A stretch of 64,000 nucleotides of DNA, taken from an uncultured Spirochaetaceae bacterium. GTDB taxonomy: Bacteria > Myxococcota_A > UBA9160 > UBA4427. A program made the position numbers and the translations under genes. The stretch spans positions 143,898-207,897 of the forward strand of contig CAYTAT010000002.1 in NCBI GenBank assembly GCA_964435795.1, given 5' to 3'. Numbering within the stretch: the stretch's first letter is position 1; each line of letters opens with the position of its first letter. Positions 63,993 through 64,000 of the stretch are shown here, in pieces. A model generated the notes under the pieces. That model saw only the letters and a list, made by a program, of their open reading frames with translations, did not search any database and was not told the DNA's origin.

Positions 63993-64000
63993 GATCTCCT

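Noticed and set aside
1-64000. tRNA, rRNA, transposase/integrase, prophage or toxin-antitoxin content
   Set aside because: Scanning the intergenic gaps by eye found no cloverleaf-like or rRNA-like sequence and no recombinase motifs. I cannot exclude small RNAs without a covariance-model search.

Overview
Visibly GC-rich, gene-dense bacterial chromosome segment of about 50 genes. The organism is a diderm: the window has a TolC-family channel, two autotransporters and a beta-barrel OMP. I saw no rRNA, tRNA, CRISPR array, integrase or transposase. Many genes are joined by 1-nt TGATG or 4-nt ATGA/TTGA stop-start overlaps, which helps define operons. Several genes appear to start at TTG or GTG. 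The many long R/P/G/A-rich ORFs antisense to motif-bearing genes are GC-driven shadow ORFs and were not called.

The content falls into three themes.

(1) 7.8-23.1 kb: a complete 2-aminoethylphosphonate (AEP) pathway. It comprises PEP mutase with the EDKX5NS signature fused to a nucleotidyltransferase, phosphonopyruvate decarboxylase and an AEP transaminase. These are wired to lipid enzymes rather than glycosyltransferases: a CdsA-like protein, a CDP-alcohol phosphatidyltransferase and an Eis-like GNAT/SCP2 protein. The block is flanked by a TolC-family protein, an FGGY kinase and a DevBCA-type exporter with two DevC permeases. I read this as a candidate phosphonolipid synthesis-and-export locus, and it is the most interesting system here.

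(2) 23.6-46.5 kb and 53.2-55.5 kb: a large CoA-thioester catabolic supercluster of unknown substrate. It holds four family III CoA-transferase genes, one a tandem fusion and one apparently domain-permuted. It also holds two AMP-ligases, a crotonase, an amidohydrolase, two SDRs, two LLM oxidoreductases and a paired ACAD. Two autotransporters and a TPR protein interrupt it.

(3) Housekeeping and miscellaneous genes: pheST, a long-form GAPDH, a CbpA-like DnaJ, a SWIM-SNF2 helicase, an HNH endonuclease, a YkuK-like RNase H-fold protein and an MFS transporter.

All family calls come from motif recognition by eye; no database search was run.
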